64,000 nt of DNA from a virus (IMGVR_UViG_3300036802_000003:64001-128000); one strand, 5' to 3'; positions 10,083-19,708 are shown, numbered from the stretch's first letter. Made by a program: numbers and translations. The notes: generated by a model not told the origin, from the sequence alone.

Positions 10083-10345
10083 TGGTAGAAAATACTACTC
10101 AATTCCTATCCCTCCTAAAACTTGCTCAAGGTCATAGATTAAAGGATGCATCTGTTGTTAAGCATGATGATGCTAGTGGAGACTATGAAAGCATAGTACT
10201 GGAGTTCCAAGGGGACAATGGTGATGCAGTTAGCTTTACATTTACTTCCAATTTCCAAATATCCAACAGGGATAGAGATATCATAGATACAAGTATTGAT
10301 GTAGAATCTGCTCGTATAGTTGTGGACTTGCTAGAGAAAAAATAA
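10082..10345 (+). CDS. hypothetical protein
   Basis: TGATG coupling. Confidence 0.7.
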   Translation: MVENTTQFLSLLKLAQGHRLKDASVVKHDDASGDYESIVLEFQGDNGDAVSFTFTSNFQISNRDRDIIDTSIDVESARIVVDLLEKK

Positions 10346-10360
10346 AGGGGGACAAGCACT

Positions 10361-10642
10361 ATGGACAACATTAAAGATGCTAAATTAAAGAGGGTATTAA
10401 CACTACGACACACTATTGAAGAGACTAATAAGAACCTATCAGAGATGAGTGCAGAGTTAACAACACTAGAGAAGGAGTTATATATGGAGTGTGAACATGA
10501 ACGTATGACTCGTGTTTCTGAGTGGACTAAGGTGGATAGCGCTACTACTCTAGTGTTTATGCAGGCTAATTATAAGTGTGATGAGTGCGGTCACATAGAA
10601 TCCATTATGGGGAGAGCTGATAGCAATGTTATCAACCAATAA
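10361..10642 (+). CDS. coiled-coil/Zn-ribbon hypothetical protein
   Basis: CEH...CDECGH. Confidence 0.7.
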   Translation: MDNIKDAKLKRVLTLRHTIEETNKNLSEMSAELTTLEKELYMECEHERMTRVSEWTKVDSATTLVFMQANYKCDECGHIESIMGRADSNVINQ

Positions 10643-11033
10643 TGATAAAGCTATACAGGACATGCTTAACAATAATTGTGAGGTTCGGTTCATTCGTATA
10701 GTTAACGGTGAGGTAAGGGAGCTATGCATGGAGCGGTTTGGTAAAGCATTCATTATACGCTTCACACCATTTGGTCAGCCTATGGTAATGAAACCAGAGT
10801 ATTCTGTATACAAAATAGGTGGTAAGGGTAGAGAAATTAGAGTAGCAGCCTTTTTTGCAGAGGAACTAGAAGACAATATGAAAAACTTTGGTTTCCGTGA
10901 AGGAATGATAGAGGAATGGTATAATGAACTAGTAAGAAACCCTAAGGAGAGGTTTTATAACTCTAACCACACCTTCTACTTTACTAGAACCCCTGACGAT
11001 GAACGTGGATTTAAGAGCAATATACTATCATAA
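10626..11033 (+). CDS. hypothetical protein
   Basis: ORF, followed by terminator. Confidence 0.7.
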   Translation: MLSTNNDKAIQDMLNNNCEVRFIRIVNGEVRELCMERFGKAFIIRFTPFGQPMVMKPEYSVYKIGGKGREIRVAAFFAEELEDNMKNFGFREGMIEEWYNELVRNPKERFYNSNHTFYFTRTPDDERGFKSNILS

Positions 11034-11034
11034 T

Positions 11035-11062
11035 AGGACTCCTACGGGAGTCCTTTTCTTTT
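11035..11062 (+). terminator. rho-independent terminator
   Basis: AGGACTCC-TACG-GGAGTCCT then T-tract. Confidence 0.85.
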
Positions 11063-11255
11063 TGCTCTCCGTTGGTTTCCTCCCCTCTACAGAACTTTCT
11101 AACGAAGTTTCCAATCATCCCCCTATCTGAAACTTCCCCCGAATCCGTTTGCCTTTCAGAAAACTTCCCTACCAGACTTGATAAGGGTTTCTCCTGTTTG
11201 AATCAGTACCCATTTCCGCATATATTTCTTTGTAGTTGGTAACATTAGGAGGTGC

Positions 11256-11405
11256 ATGATGGAAGGACTAAAGAAAATAGTAGAAGCTACAGTAGACGGA
11301 GTACGGATCACAGGAGTCCTAGTTGCCAGTGAGAATGGCAAGTACGTAATACAGCTTGAGGATGGTAGCAGAGTAGTGTCTGATAATATCAAGGAGGTAG
11401 AATAG
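11256..11405 (+). CDS. 49-aa hypothetical protein (not in ORF track)
   Basis: AGGAGG RBS; MMEGLKKIVEATVDGVRITGVLV...; abuts next gene. Confidence 0.65.
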   Translation: MMEGLKKIVEATVDGVRITGVLVASENGKYVIQLEDGSRVVSDNIKEVE

Positions 11406-11406
11406 A

Positions 11407-12087
11407 ATGGCTAACTTTTTCTATATTACTGTCGATACTGTTGGTCCAGCTAACCCTACAGCTAGCATAGAGAGTGGAGCACAATACACTACTAAACAAC
11501 TTGTAAACATCGCTATAGGAACAACAGATGCTAGTACGGTTGGATACCAGATGAAGATTTGGGGAGATGTAGACAAGGCTTATGATTCTGATATTCAGGA
11601 TATAGAGGCATCGTCTAACTGGATTTCTTATACAACTACGAAACAAATTAAGCTAACAGCAGGTGACGCAGATAAGAACATTAGTATCAAGATTAGAGAT
11701 GATGTATTGAATGAATCAGCAGTAGCATCGGATGGTATCAAGCTTAGTGCAACGTTACCAAACGTTACTTCAGTTGCTTCTGATGTACGTGTGTCTAAGA
11801 AGGCTACTAAAGATGGATACACATTCACCTTCTCTGCTGATAAGCCATTTGTGGAGTACGCAGTTAAGGTAGTAGCTAATGCATCATCAGCACAGAACAC
11901 AGGTACTACTATCCCAACTACTAACGGTTCTATTAACACAGCTGGTACAGCAGGTAACTATGATACTTCTACTGTTCCTATCAACGTTACTATTAAGACA
12001 AATGACTTACTAGTAGCTAGCTCTGGTGATGGACAGAAGGGTATCAAAGTATTTGTTAAGGATGCCGCAGGGAACTGGAGTGCATAA
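11407..12087 (+). CDS. Ig-like domain protein, probably virion-associated
   Basis: TVDTVGP and VKDAAGNWS Ig-like boundary motifs; Thr/Ser/Ala-rich beta composition. Confidence 0.75.
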   Translation: MANFFYITVDTVGPANPTASIESGAQYTTKQLVNIAIGTTDASTVGYQMKIWGDVDKAYDSDIQDIEASSNWISYTTTKQIKLTAGDADKNISIKIRDDVLNESAVASDGIKLSATLPNVTSVASDVRVSKKATKDGYTFTFSADKPFVEYAVKVVANASSAQNTGTTIPTTNGSINTAGTAGNYDTSTVPINVTIKTNDLLVASSGDGQKGIKVFVKDAAGNWSA

Positions 12088-12089
12088 TT

Positions 12090-12542
12090 ATGGGTAACTT
12101 TTTCACTATAACCGTAGATACTACACCTCCAACTATTGAGATTACACATCCCAGACAACCTATCTATGGGGCTAATACAGAGATTATAGTGAAAGCTAAC
12201 GAAGAATTGGCAGAGTACCAGGGTCTGTACATTGTTGACAGTCTTGGTACTCGTCATTCTCTTATAGGTACGTTAGACTATGACACTATTACTTACAAGA
12301 CTAACTTCATCGGTATAGCTCTAGGTACTTGCAGAATCTATTGTACGGTAAAGGATGTTGTGGACAATATGTCAGAGGAATATGTATCAGTAATCAATCT
12401 AAGAACGTCAGCACTAGCTAATAAACAAGACTTAGAAGTAGGCAACTACTCACTGATAACCATGGAAGTATGGGAGACACCAATTGTAGACATGGAAGTA
12501 GGTGTGATGCCTAGAGTCATCATAGAGGAAGGGGAGTGGTAA
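12090..12542 (+). CDS. Ig-like domain protein
   Basis: MGNFFTITVDTTPP paralogous to 11407; VKDVVDNMS. Confidence 0.7.
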   Translation: MGNFFTITVDTTPPTIEITHPRQPIYGANTEIIVKANEELAEYQGLYIVDSLGTRHSLIGTLDYDTITYKTNFIGIALGTCRIYCTVKDVVDNMSEEYVSVINLRTSALANKQDLEVGNYSLITMEVWETPIVDMEVGVMPRVIIEEGEW

Positions 12543-12543
12543 T

Positions 12544-12858
12544 ATGTTACAGAAGAACCAAGGAGCTATAGTATACCAGACAGGTAATACTCAGCGTTTC
12601 TGGTGTATGTTTAGAGACCACAATAACAAGATTATAGAGCCAGACATGGTTAAGTTCCGTATCATGGATACAAAGACAGAGAAGCCAATAGAAGAGTTCG
12701 ATGTACCTAAGACACAGAGAATAGAAGGTGCATACTATTACGACTTCATACTGCCAGCTAAAGCTCAAATAATCACATACGAATGGTATAGCGAAACAGG
12801 AGGGTATCCAAACTTAAAGCGTAAGCAGTTCGACACTAAGTTCCTAGGACGTTGGTGA
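12544..12858 (+). CDS. small beta-rich protein, possibly structural
   Basis: In operon with the Ig-like genes. Confidence 0.65.
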   Translation: MLQKNQGAIVYQTGNTQRFWCMFRDHNNKIIEPDMVKFRIMDTKTEKPIEEFDVPKTQRIEGAYYYDFILPAKAQIITYEWYSETGGYPNLKRKQFDTKFLGRW

Positions 12859-12862
12859 GTAT

Positions 12863-13798
12863 ATGGGCGTAATAACAGATGGATTAATTGGATACTGGAA
12901 TGCACAGAAGGATTGTACACCTACTTTGTGGAAGAATATTGCTCCTGCTACTGTAGGAACACTAGATGCGATTCCACAAGGAGGTAACCTAGTCATCGAG
13001 GGGGATGGCGTGGTTAACATAGCACCAAGATATTTAACAGTACCAGGCATTAACCTGTCTACAGGTCAGTCTACTATGGAGATAGTATTTTCTCTTAGGA
13101 GACCAGAGGATGCTACTAAGATGACAATGATTATGTTCGGTGTAGGGTTCGAGATGTTAGCCTTAGCTAAGACAGGTACCCAATTAAATGCACTAGGTGC
13201 TATCACTAGACCTGTTCAGCTTAACGTGGACACAGTGTTGGATGGTAAGACTCAGTTAGCAATAGTTAATACTGGTGGTGCTGGTGATGTATACATGAAC
13301 GGTGTTAAGATTGGTACCATGCCTGGTCTAGGTAACTACACTAAGAACAACTATAATCTGTACCTTGGTGCATCATTCCTTAGTGGTACTGCTGGACAAC
13401 AGTTCGATGGTAAGATACATGTGGCTAGAATGTATAACAAGGCACTGACTCCTGCACAAATACTAGAGAACTATAACAGTTCCTCTGATATAGGACTCAC
13501 CAATCCTGCACCATTAGTGACTATCACTAACATAACAAGGACTACTGTGAGTAAGAAGCTAGGGGTAGACAAAGCTACTGTTACATTCAAGTTCGATAAG
13601 GATGTACAGAAGTATGAGTTTAGAGCAGGTGGTATGGGGCAAGGACTTGGTGTACTATTAGGTGCAGGTACAAGTAAGACTGCTAACCAAGTCATTACCG
13701 CTGACCTATACTATTCTGACCAACTATTAGAAGGTATCAACAAGATAAATATCTATGGACAAGATATGGCAGGCAACTGGACACCTTACGAATCCTAA
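12863..13798 (+). CDS. LamG/concanavalin-A-like plus Ig-like protein (putative carbohydrate binding)
   Basis: GLIGYW..., FDGKIxxARMYNKALTPAQIxENY LamG signature; C-terminal QDMAGNWT. Confidence 0.75.
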   Translation: MGVITDGLIGYWNAQKDCTPTLWKNIAPATVGTLDAIPQGGNLVIEGDGVVNIAPRYLTVPGINLSTGQSTMEIVFSLRRPEDATKMTMIMFGVGFEMLALAKTGTQLNALGAITRPVQLNVDTVLDGKTQLAIVNTGGAGDVYMNGVKIGTMPGLGNYTKNNYNLYLGASFLSGTAGQQFDGKIHVARMYNKALTPAQILENYNSSSDIGLTNPAPLVTITNITRTTVSKKLGVDKATVTFKFDKDVQKYEFRAGGMGQGLGVLLGAGTSKTANQVITADLYYSDQLLEGINKINIYGQDMAGNWTPYES

Positions 13799-13799
13799 G

Positions 13800-13839
13800 G
13801 GCAGGGCTACTCTTTCTAGAGTGTTCCTGCCTTTTCTTT
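13800..13839 (+). terminator. rho-independent terminator
   Basis: GGCAGG...CCTGCC stem then T-tract. Confidence 0.7.
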
Positions 13840-14294
13840 ATGTATAGAAATGGTAACCATACACAGATGTGTTTCGATGTAAAAGTTCAGGTGTCCAGAA
13901 TCGTTTTATTTGGTATAACTTTCAACCATTTGAATAATGTATCGAAATACCTATAGTTTATAACTGTAACCGTCAGTTAGGAAGCAGTTATTAAAAGTAA
14001 AGTTTAGTTCAGTACTCACTGACACACACTTTACTGTGATAGCAAGCATCCAGAACGGAGCTAGAAAACATACGTTTAACTAGTGTTTTCTTACATGGAG
14101 AGCTTGCTATCAAGCGTACATCTCCTTTATAGTTGCTAGACAATGAAGAGAGTTCTTTTATATAAGGACTCTCTTTTTTGTATGCCTTTATATCGTTACA
14201 ACTCATCACTTTTCTCAATCTCCTATTTCTAAATCAATAAACTAAGGAGATGAATCCTATAGGATTTATGAGAATCATTTGAGTAGAAACGATA

Positions 14295-14650
14295 TTTAGG
14301 GCATGTGCCCCAAAGGGGTGCTTGGTTACAAGGTAGCCAACACAACTGGCAACAGGGGCTACCGAGCATGTACACGGAGCATAGCGGAGGTGTCAGCGGA
14401 GCCATACGGATGCATAGCGGAGTATGGAGGTATCCAGCGGATTACCTGTAGCGTACCCTAGTTGACACTTGGGACAGGATAGTGTGGGTGGGAAACTATG
14501 CCTAAAAGTATAGGAATAGTTACTGAGTATATGGATGTACTCAGGGAATCCCAAGGATTTATAGGAATAGGAGAGTAGTTATGGATTCACAGTTCTATTA
14601 AGGTAGATGAGGACATACAGTAGGAAACAGAGTAGGGATTGGCGGAGAAC
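14295..14650 (+). other. non-coding GGA-repeat element with predicted structure
   Basis: About 20 GGA motifs by eye; phased CGGA repeats; stems TTTAGG(G)CAT/ATGCCTAAA and GGTAGCC/GGCTACC. Confidence 0.5.
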
Positions 14651-14806
14651 ACCCGTTTGGGGTGCCCGTACCGCCCCCTATAGGCACATCATAGCTAATT
14701 TTCCTACTCCAACTCACTTCTCTTATCTTACAAATTGCTACCTACACACAGCCAAGATATGGCATCACTCACGTATAAAACTACTAAAGGAGAGTGCCAC
14801 ACTATT

Positions 14807-15112
14807 ATGTCAGAGAATAACTTCATTACCAGTAAGCCTCATCTAGGTACTGACTCCTCATACGGAGCAGACAGAGACCATATAGATAAACAATTCAACA
14901 GTATACAACAGGGCACTGCCCCTACGTGCATTGTATGCACGAATACGGCAAGCTACAAACTAATACCCAAACACTCACACAACAATACAGCGGAGATACA
15001 GGATAGAGGATATGTGTGTGAACACTGTCTTAAGCAACAGTATTTTAAACCAGAAGAGTATGGTATTAGAGCAATACCTACTACTAACAACCCTGGAGGT
15101 AGCCTACTATGA
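14807..15112 (+). CDS. Zn-finger hypothetical protein
   Basis: CIVC...CEHC; AAAGGAG RBS. Confidence 0.7.
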   Translation: MSENNFITSKPHLGTDSSYGADRDHIDKQFNSIQQGTAPTCIVCTNTASYKLIPKHSHNNTAEIQDRGYVCEHCLKQQYFKPEEYGIRAIPTTNNPGGSLL

Positions 15113-15822
15113 CTCACAGAAAGAAGCTAAGTATTGAGGAGTTATCCACAGAAATGCTAGAAACAAGACACCATAAGCTAGAACGCCTAGTAAAGTGGGA
15201 ACATGGGGAAGAGGTTAATGAGATGCTGCTTACAGGGGTATCTCCCCATAAGGTATCCGACTGGTGTAAGGAGCGTGGCTTCAACATATCACACCCTAAG
15301 CTATATGAATACAAAGACATGTTGCAGGAAGCTATAACAAAGCAGATAACAGTAGAACGTATGTTAGGTATAGGGATGCCAAAGCGTAAACCTATAGTAC
15401 TTAATACCATAGCACTGCAAAACACTAAGCATATGGTAAAGAGTGAGATGGAAGTACTAGATGGTATCATACAGATTGGGATGAACAGTTTATATACCTC
15501 ACCCACAGTAAAACTACAAGATGCTATGAAGGCTATAGAGCTAAAGCATAAATTAACTGGTGGTAACCATGGAGCACTCACTAGCTACGGTCTAGACCAG
15601 CTGAGAGCAGTAGAGCAAGCTAAGTTCCAGGCTATTATAGAAGTGGTTATGAAATACTTACCAGAGGATAAGCACACTGAACTAGAGCAGGCAATACTAG
15701 ATGCAGAACGTAGCTACTATGAGAACTATGCACCAGAGCTATTAGAAGAGTATGAGAAGACTGTAGATGAGCAATACGGTGATGATAAAGATACAATAGT
15801 AGTATCAGATAGCCAATTCTAA
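15109..15822 (+). CDS. HTH protein, DUF3486/Mu gp27-like N-terminus (possible DNA-packaging factor)
   Basis: VSPHKVSDWCKERGFNISHPKLYEY helix-turn-helix pattern. Confidence 0.65.
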   Translation: MTHRKKLSIEELSTEMLETRHHKLERLVKWEHGEEVNEMLLTGVSPHKVSDWCKERGFNISHPKLYEYKDMLQEAITKQITVERMLGIGMPKRKPIVLNTIALQNTKHMVKSEMEVLDGIIQIGMNSLYTSPTVKLQDAMKAIELKHKLTGGNHGALTSYGLDQLRAVEQAKFQAIIEVVMKYLPEDKHTELEQAILDAERSYYENYAPELLEEYEKTVDEQYGDDKDTIVVSDSQF

Positions 15823-15837
15823 AGGGGGTACTCACAG

Positions 15838-16014
15838 ATGAAAGAGATAACACTAGGTAATACAACGGTAACACAGACTGCTACAGAGATTAAGCTAAAG
15901 GTAAAGGATAAAGAAATAGATAAGATGGTTAGCCTAAATGGTGAGGCAGATATACGCAAACTAGAGAACCTAACGCCTATTGGTAAGACAATGGACATGG
16001 ATCTATATAAATAG
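15838..16014 (+). CDS. 58-aa hypothetical protein (not in ORF track)
   Basis: AAAGGGGG RBS; MKEITLGNTTVTQTATEIKLKV... Confidence 0.6.
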   Translation: MKEITLGNTTVTQTATEIKLKVKDKEIDKMVSLNGEADIRKLENLTPIGKTMDMDLYK

Positions 16015-16091
16015 TAGGACTAGAGTATGGTACAAGAATGACAAGCCATACTCTATTTTTATTTCTGTTAGTATATTAAGGAGGGATAACA

Positions 16092-16346
16092 ATGAATAGT
16101 ATTAATGATATACAAAAGTCTATCAACCAGATTGGTATGGAAGGTGTAGTAAGGTATCTACCAAAGGGTATGAAGCTACATCCATGTGACCTACATGGGA
16201 TGTTCCTATCCCACTATAAGGCAGAGAACCCTGTATGTCCTCTGTGTGTACAGACTGGTACAGGTGAAGGTACTACTGCTACTGATGTAGAGCATTATAT
16301 TAACATTAGAGACATGCTAGCAGTACCTCATAACCCCCACGAGTAG
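16092..16346 (+). CDS. Zn-binding hypothetical protein
   Basis: CDLHG...CPLC; N-terminal IQKS. Confidence 0.7.
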   Translation: MNSINDIQKSINQIGMEGVVRYLPKGMKLHPCDLHGMFLSHYKAENPVCPLCVQTGTGEGTTATDVEHYINIRDMLAVPHNPHE

Positions 16347-16347
16347 G

Positions 16348-16390
16348 GTTTCTATGAGGGTTAGGTAGAAAATCGTTTCCAATTAACAAA
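16348..16390 (+). repeat. dispersed orientation-fixed element, copy 1 of 5
   Basis: TTTCTATGAGGGTTAGGTAGAAAATCGTTTCCAATTAA. Confidence 0.65.
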
Positions 16391-16520
16391 AAAGACTAGG
16401 GAAGAGATAGCGAAACCGCATCTCTTCCTTTTTTATTTTTTCTTTGCGTCCTATGTAGGTTACATCAGTAGCACATCAAAACCGTATAGGGTCAGCCAGT
16501 AGAGTAGGCTAGAGTAACAA

Positions 16521-16556
16521 AACGTCCTTGACTTCCTCACCTCACCATGACATAAT
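16521..16556 (+). promoter_or_regulatory. early promoter, AACGTCC-TTGA class
   Basis: AACGTCC TTGACT-17nt-CATAAT. Confidence 0.85.
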
Positions 16557-16632
16557 TGCTTCAAGCGAGAGGGGCACACCACACAAGGGAATCCCACTCA
16601 ACAAATATTCGAGAATAAAGGAGACGATAATT

Positions 16633-17451
16633 ATGGCATATCTAGTAAACGGTGAGGAAACAGTAGTAACAGTTAAAGAGGTAGGAGCTATCCTTGGTAT
16701 GAAGGTAACTAAGAAGGGTATCCTAGCAGGCGAGTATCCAGAGGTAGAGGTTGTAGAAGTAGAAGATACTAAGGAGGATGTTAATATGGAAGAGAATACT
16801 TTAGTAGAAGCAGCGGTAGAAGAAGGTAAGCTAGAAATCGTTATGGTAGGCGATGCACCTGCTACAGGTGAGCTAGAAGTAGTAGAGGAAGAGCAGGAGG
16901 AACTAGCTCTAGAAGAGGAGCCTATTGAGGAAGAGGTACATACTGAAGAGGAAGTACCTGCTCCTACTGAAGAAGAGCCTGTAGTAGAAGAGTCTAAAGA
17001 AGAGGTAGCAGACTGGAGAGCTATGGCTAAGAAACTTAAACAGCCAGAAGCTAAGGCTAAAGCTCCTAAGGTTAAGGAAGACCTAGCAGGTCAGGAAGTA
17101 GAGTACCCTGAAGTAGGACACTTTGACTCTATCGACGATATCAAGAAGTTCTACAAGCGCCTATCTATGGAGCAGGTTATGGAGTGGGCTGATATTGAGG
17201 GCTTAGAGTGGAAGGCTAACGATAACCCTGGTATCAATCGTATGAGAGTGTGCATGGCTATCAGTAACCACCACTTCCCTAAGAAGACTAGTGGTAAGAA
17301 GAAAGCTAAGTATGGTCACCTATCTACAGAGGATTTACTAGCAATGGCTATTGAGAACGATGTAGAGGTAAGAGAGCCTAAGGGCGATAACGAAAATATC
17401 CTACGCATGTACACTATCATGGCTTTACGTGAAGCAGGACTATTAGCATAG
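16633..17451 (+). CDS. acidic early protein with two C-terminal helical repeats (host-takeover candidate)
   Basis: Glu-rich N-half; C-half paralogous to 22258-22668 and 24095-24496. Confidence 0.85.
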   Translation: MAYLVNGEETVVTVKEVGAILGMKVTKKGILAGEYPEVEVVEVEDTKEDVNMEENTLVEAAVEEGKLEIVMVGDAPATGELEVVEEEQEELALEEEPIEEEVHTEEEVPAPTEEEPVVEESKEEVADWRAMAKKLKQPEAKAKAPKVKEDLAGQEVEYPEVGHFDSIDDIKKFYKRLSMEQVMEWADIEGLEWKANDNPGINRMRVCMAISNHHFPKKTSGKKKAKYGHLSTEDLLAMAIENDVEVREPKGDNENILRMYTIMALREAGLLA

Positions 17452-17455
17452 GTGT

Positions 17456-17523
17456 TGCTAGCATAGCCCCTACGGGGGCTGTAGCACTGGAACATTATAT
17501 GTTACCTAGATAAAAGGAGTGGT
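17456..17523 (+). promoter_or_regulatory. repeated structured intercistronic leader, copy 1
   Basis: TGCTAG-hairpin-TGG AACAT/ATGTT A CCTAG ATAAAAGGAGTGGT. Confidence 0.75.
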
Positions 17524-17527
17524 ATAT

Positions 17528-17839
17528 ATGAATATCCCTACAGAGGTAAAGGCTGGACAGTATTTCGTTACATTCAACTTTGGAGCGTCTTGTATAGTAG
17601 ATGGAGCTACAGGTGAGGTACTTTTCCTACACGATGAGGATGGGCTAGAAGATGGGGAAGGCTTTGTAATAGAGGAAGTATGTAATGAGGCTACTGGTGA
17701 GGAGCAACCGTGGTGCTTCCTAGTAAACAATAAGTTCTTCGTAGATAAGATGGTAGCAGAGGGTACATGGTACTGTGTAGTAAGCGGTAACGGTACTGAT
17801 GGCAACATTACAGGTATCTACAAAGGAGGTATGATTTAA
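17528..17839 (+). CDS. acidic early protein
   Basis: AAAAGGAGTGG RBS. Confidence 0.8.
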   Translation: MNIPTEVKAGQYFVTFNFGASCIVDGATGEVLFLHDEDGLEDGEGFVIEEVCNEATGEEQPWCFLVNNKFFVDKMVAEGTWYCVVSGNGTDGNITGIYKGGMI

Positions 17840-18159
17840 TGACTAGTGTACTAGTAAATAACAAATTGTTACCTGCTGAAGTAATGGAGGAGATAGCCTT
17901 AAAGTTAACTATGCAGTGTGTAGAGTGGGAGAACATAGAAGGGGATATGTACCTAGTGCCTCCTAATATGCACGAGAATAATATGATGACTGTATGGGCA
18001 CATGCTGATCATATGAACGAGATACCTGCACTAGATGACCTACCACTCACTCATACGGAGGATATAAGTACTCATGGGGTTACAGTATCAGTGTATGAGG
18101 AATTCTACATTGACGTTACCTTCCTACACGTACTGGTGGTGAATACAGATGCCTCTTAA
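17839..18159 (+). CDS. early hypothetical protein
   Basis: TAATG coupling, AGGAGG RBS. Confidence 0.75.
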   Translation: MTSVLVNNKLLPAEVMEEIALKLTMQCVEWENIEGDMYLVPPNMHENNMMTVWAHADHMNEIPALDDLPLTHTEDISTHGVTVSVYEEFYIDVTFLHVLVVNTDAS

Positions 18160-18379
18160 TATAGAGTACTCACAAGATGGGATAAGGGGTAGTAAGACAT
18201 ATGAGTCAATGAGTGCTATGCGTAGGTTTATAAAGACTAATGCACTCACTGATTACGCATTAGCTAGGTATATAGGGGATAACCCCTATGATAAGAGTAC
18301 CTACGCGATTATACAGCGTGGTAATGGCTATAAGCATAGTAGTGAGTATGACTATAAAAGGAGTGGATTGTATGAGTAA
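18149..18379 (+). CDS. early hypothetical protein
   Basis: ORF overlapping both neighbours. Confidence 0.65.
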   Translation: MPLNIEYSQDGIRGSKTYESMSAMRRFIKTNALTDYALARYIGDNPYDKSTYAIIQRGNGYKHSSEYDYKRSGLYE

Positions 18380-18716
18380 GAAGGAAATGTATACCAGAGA
18401 AGAAGTAGAGCAGTGGGTAATAAACTTTGTACAGGAGCGTATAGCTGCTATTAAGCATAATGATAGTAACTATGAGGTAGAGGTAGATGACCTAGGAGAC
18501 ATCCTAGTACAGTTTAGAGTAGATGATATGTTAACTAAGTATAGTGCTACCGTCCTACAAGGACTACTAGAGCACTACCACGAGCAGTGGCTATCGTTCT
18601 ACCAAGAGCACTATAGTGGGCTAGCCCTAATGAATCGTACCCATGATAGCCTAGCCTATTACTATGAAGCATGGTACTACTTCTGTAGACCTGGTACCTA
18701 TAAGCTAGACCTATAA
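18372..18716 (+). CDS. early hypothetical protein
   Basis: AAAAGGAGTGG RBS before ATG 18372. Confidence 0.75.
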   Translation: MSKKEMYTREEVEQWVINFVQERIAAIKHNDSNYEVEVDDLGDILVQFRVDDMLTKYSATVLQGLLEHYHEQWLSFYQEHYSGLALMNRTHDSLAYYYEAWYYFCRPGTYKLDL

Positions 18717-18738
18717 GCCCCTACATGGGGCTATTTTT
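18716..18738 (+). terminator. rho-independent terminator
   Basis: AGCCCC-TACAT-GGGGCT then ATTTTT. Confidence 0.75.
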
Positions 18739-18748
18739 ATGCCTAGAC

Positions 18749-18790
18749 GTCTCTATGGAGGGTAGGTAGAAAATCGCTTCAAATAAAACA
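18749..18790 (+). repeat. dispersed orientation-fixed element, copy 2 of 5
   Basis: TCTCTATGGAGGGTAGGTAGAAAATCGCTTCAAATAAA. Confidence 0.65.
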
Positions 18791-18834
18791 CTCCCACACT
18801 ATAGGGTCAGCCCGTAACTAGGATACCAGTAGGC

Positions 18835-18870
18835 AACGTCCTTGAGATTTTCTCCCCTCCGTGCGATAAT
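18835..18870 (+). promoter_or_regulatory. early promoter, AACGTCC-TTGA class
   Basis: AACGTCC TTGAGA-17nt-GATAAT. Confidence 0.85.
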
Positions 18871-18930
18871 TTTGTTACGGGGGACGGGAACAACGTCAAC
18901 CAGACTACAACACACTAGGAGGAAGATAAT

Positions 18931-19242
18931 ATGACAGTATCTAGAGAGGCAGTACAGGAAGCTTACCCTGTAGAGGTAGGAGTAGCAAACGTTCTTATAC
19001 TAGGGGAGGCTACCGAAACGTTTGGTGGTACCCTACAACAGGTTATACCGTATATCCAGGCTGGCTACAGCCACGTAGTAAGAGATAACTACCTAGACAC
19101 GTGGGTAGCCACAGAACCTTTACAGTTTACTGCTAGGGATATAGCAGATATTAAGAGAGCTGTATCTCCAGGTACATATGTTACCCTAGAGAACGACACT
19201 AAGGTAGCAGTATATACAGTGTGTCTAGAAGAAGATATGTAG
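18931..19242 (+). CDS. early hypothetical protein
   Basis: AGGAGG RBS. Confidence 0.8.
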   Translation: MTVSREAVQEAYPVEVGVANVLILGEATETFGGTLQQVIPYIQAGYSHVVRDNYLDTWVATEPLQFTARDIADIKRAVSPGTYVTLENDTKVAVYTVCLEEDM

Positions 19243-19244
19243 TC

Positions 19245-19314
19245 TGCTAGTACTTACCCTCAGGGGTAGGTATCCTGGAGCTTACATAAGAGCTACCTAG
19301 ATAAAAGGAGTGGT
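19245..19314 (+). promoter_or_regulatory. repeated structured intercistronic leader, copy 2
   Basis: TGCTAG-hairpin-TGG AGCT/AGCT A CCTAG ATAAAAGGAGTGGT. Confidence 0.75.
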
Positions 19315-19319
19315 ATATA

Positions 19320-19640
19320 ATGAGTACAGCTAAATTAACTTCAGTAACGGTGTGTGTAGAAAGAACTATTAAGGTAGGTACAATATGTCGTGTCAATACC
19401 AGCTATGGATACCTAGGACTGGATAGTGGTGAGGTAGAGGTTAAGAAGATTGTACCTACATCTGAGCTACCTAAGTATATCGACCTGTATGCATGGGAGC
19501 AGTTCCAAGACGACCCTAGCGATGTACAGAACTGGCAGTGGGTAGGGTTCCAGTATACAGACCCTAAGCAACGTGAGGACGATGACCACTACGAGTACTT
19601 CCCTGTAGAGGAGTTTGCAGACCATATGAGTCAGCTATAG
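19320..19640 (+). CDS. early protein, paralog of 20743-21039
   Basis: Shared ExP, EQ, WVxF/YxY, YxPxxxF. Confidence 0.8.
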   Translation: MSTAKLTSVTVCVERTIKVGTICRVNTSYGYLGLDSGEVEVKKIVPTSELPKYIDLYAWEQFQDDPSDVQNWQWVGFQYTDPKQREDDDHYEYFPVEEFADHMSQL

Positions 19641-19642
19641 GT

Positions 19643-19708
19643 TGCTAGGGCAGGCGATACTATCGCCTTCCTTATGGAGCTAATAGCTACCTAGATAAAA
19701 GGAGTGGT
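19643..19708 (+). promoter_or_regulatory. repeated structured intercistronic leader, copy 3
   Basis: TGCTAG-hairpin-TGG AGCT/AGCT A CCTAG ATAAAAGGAGTGGT. Confidence 0.75.
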
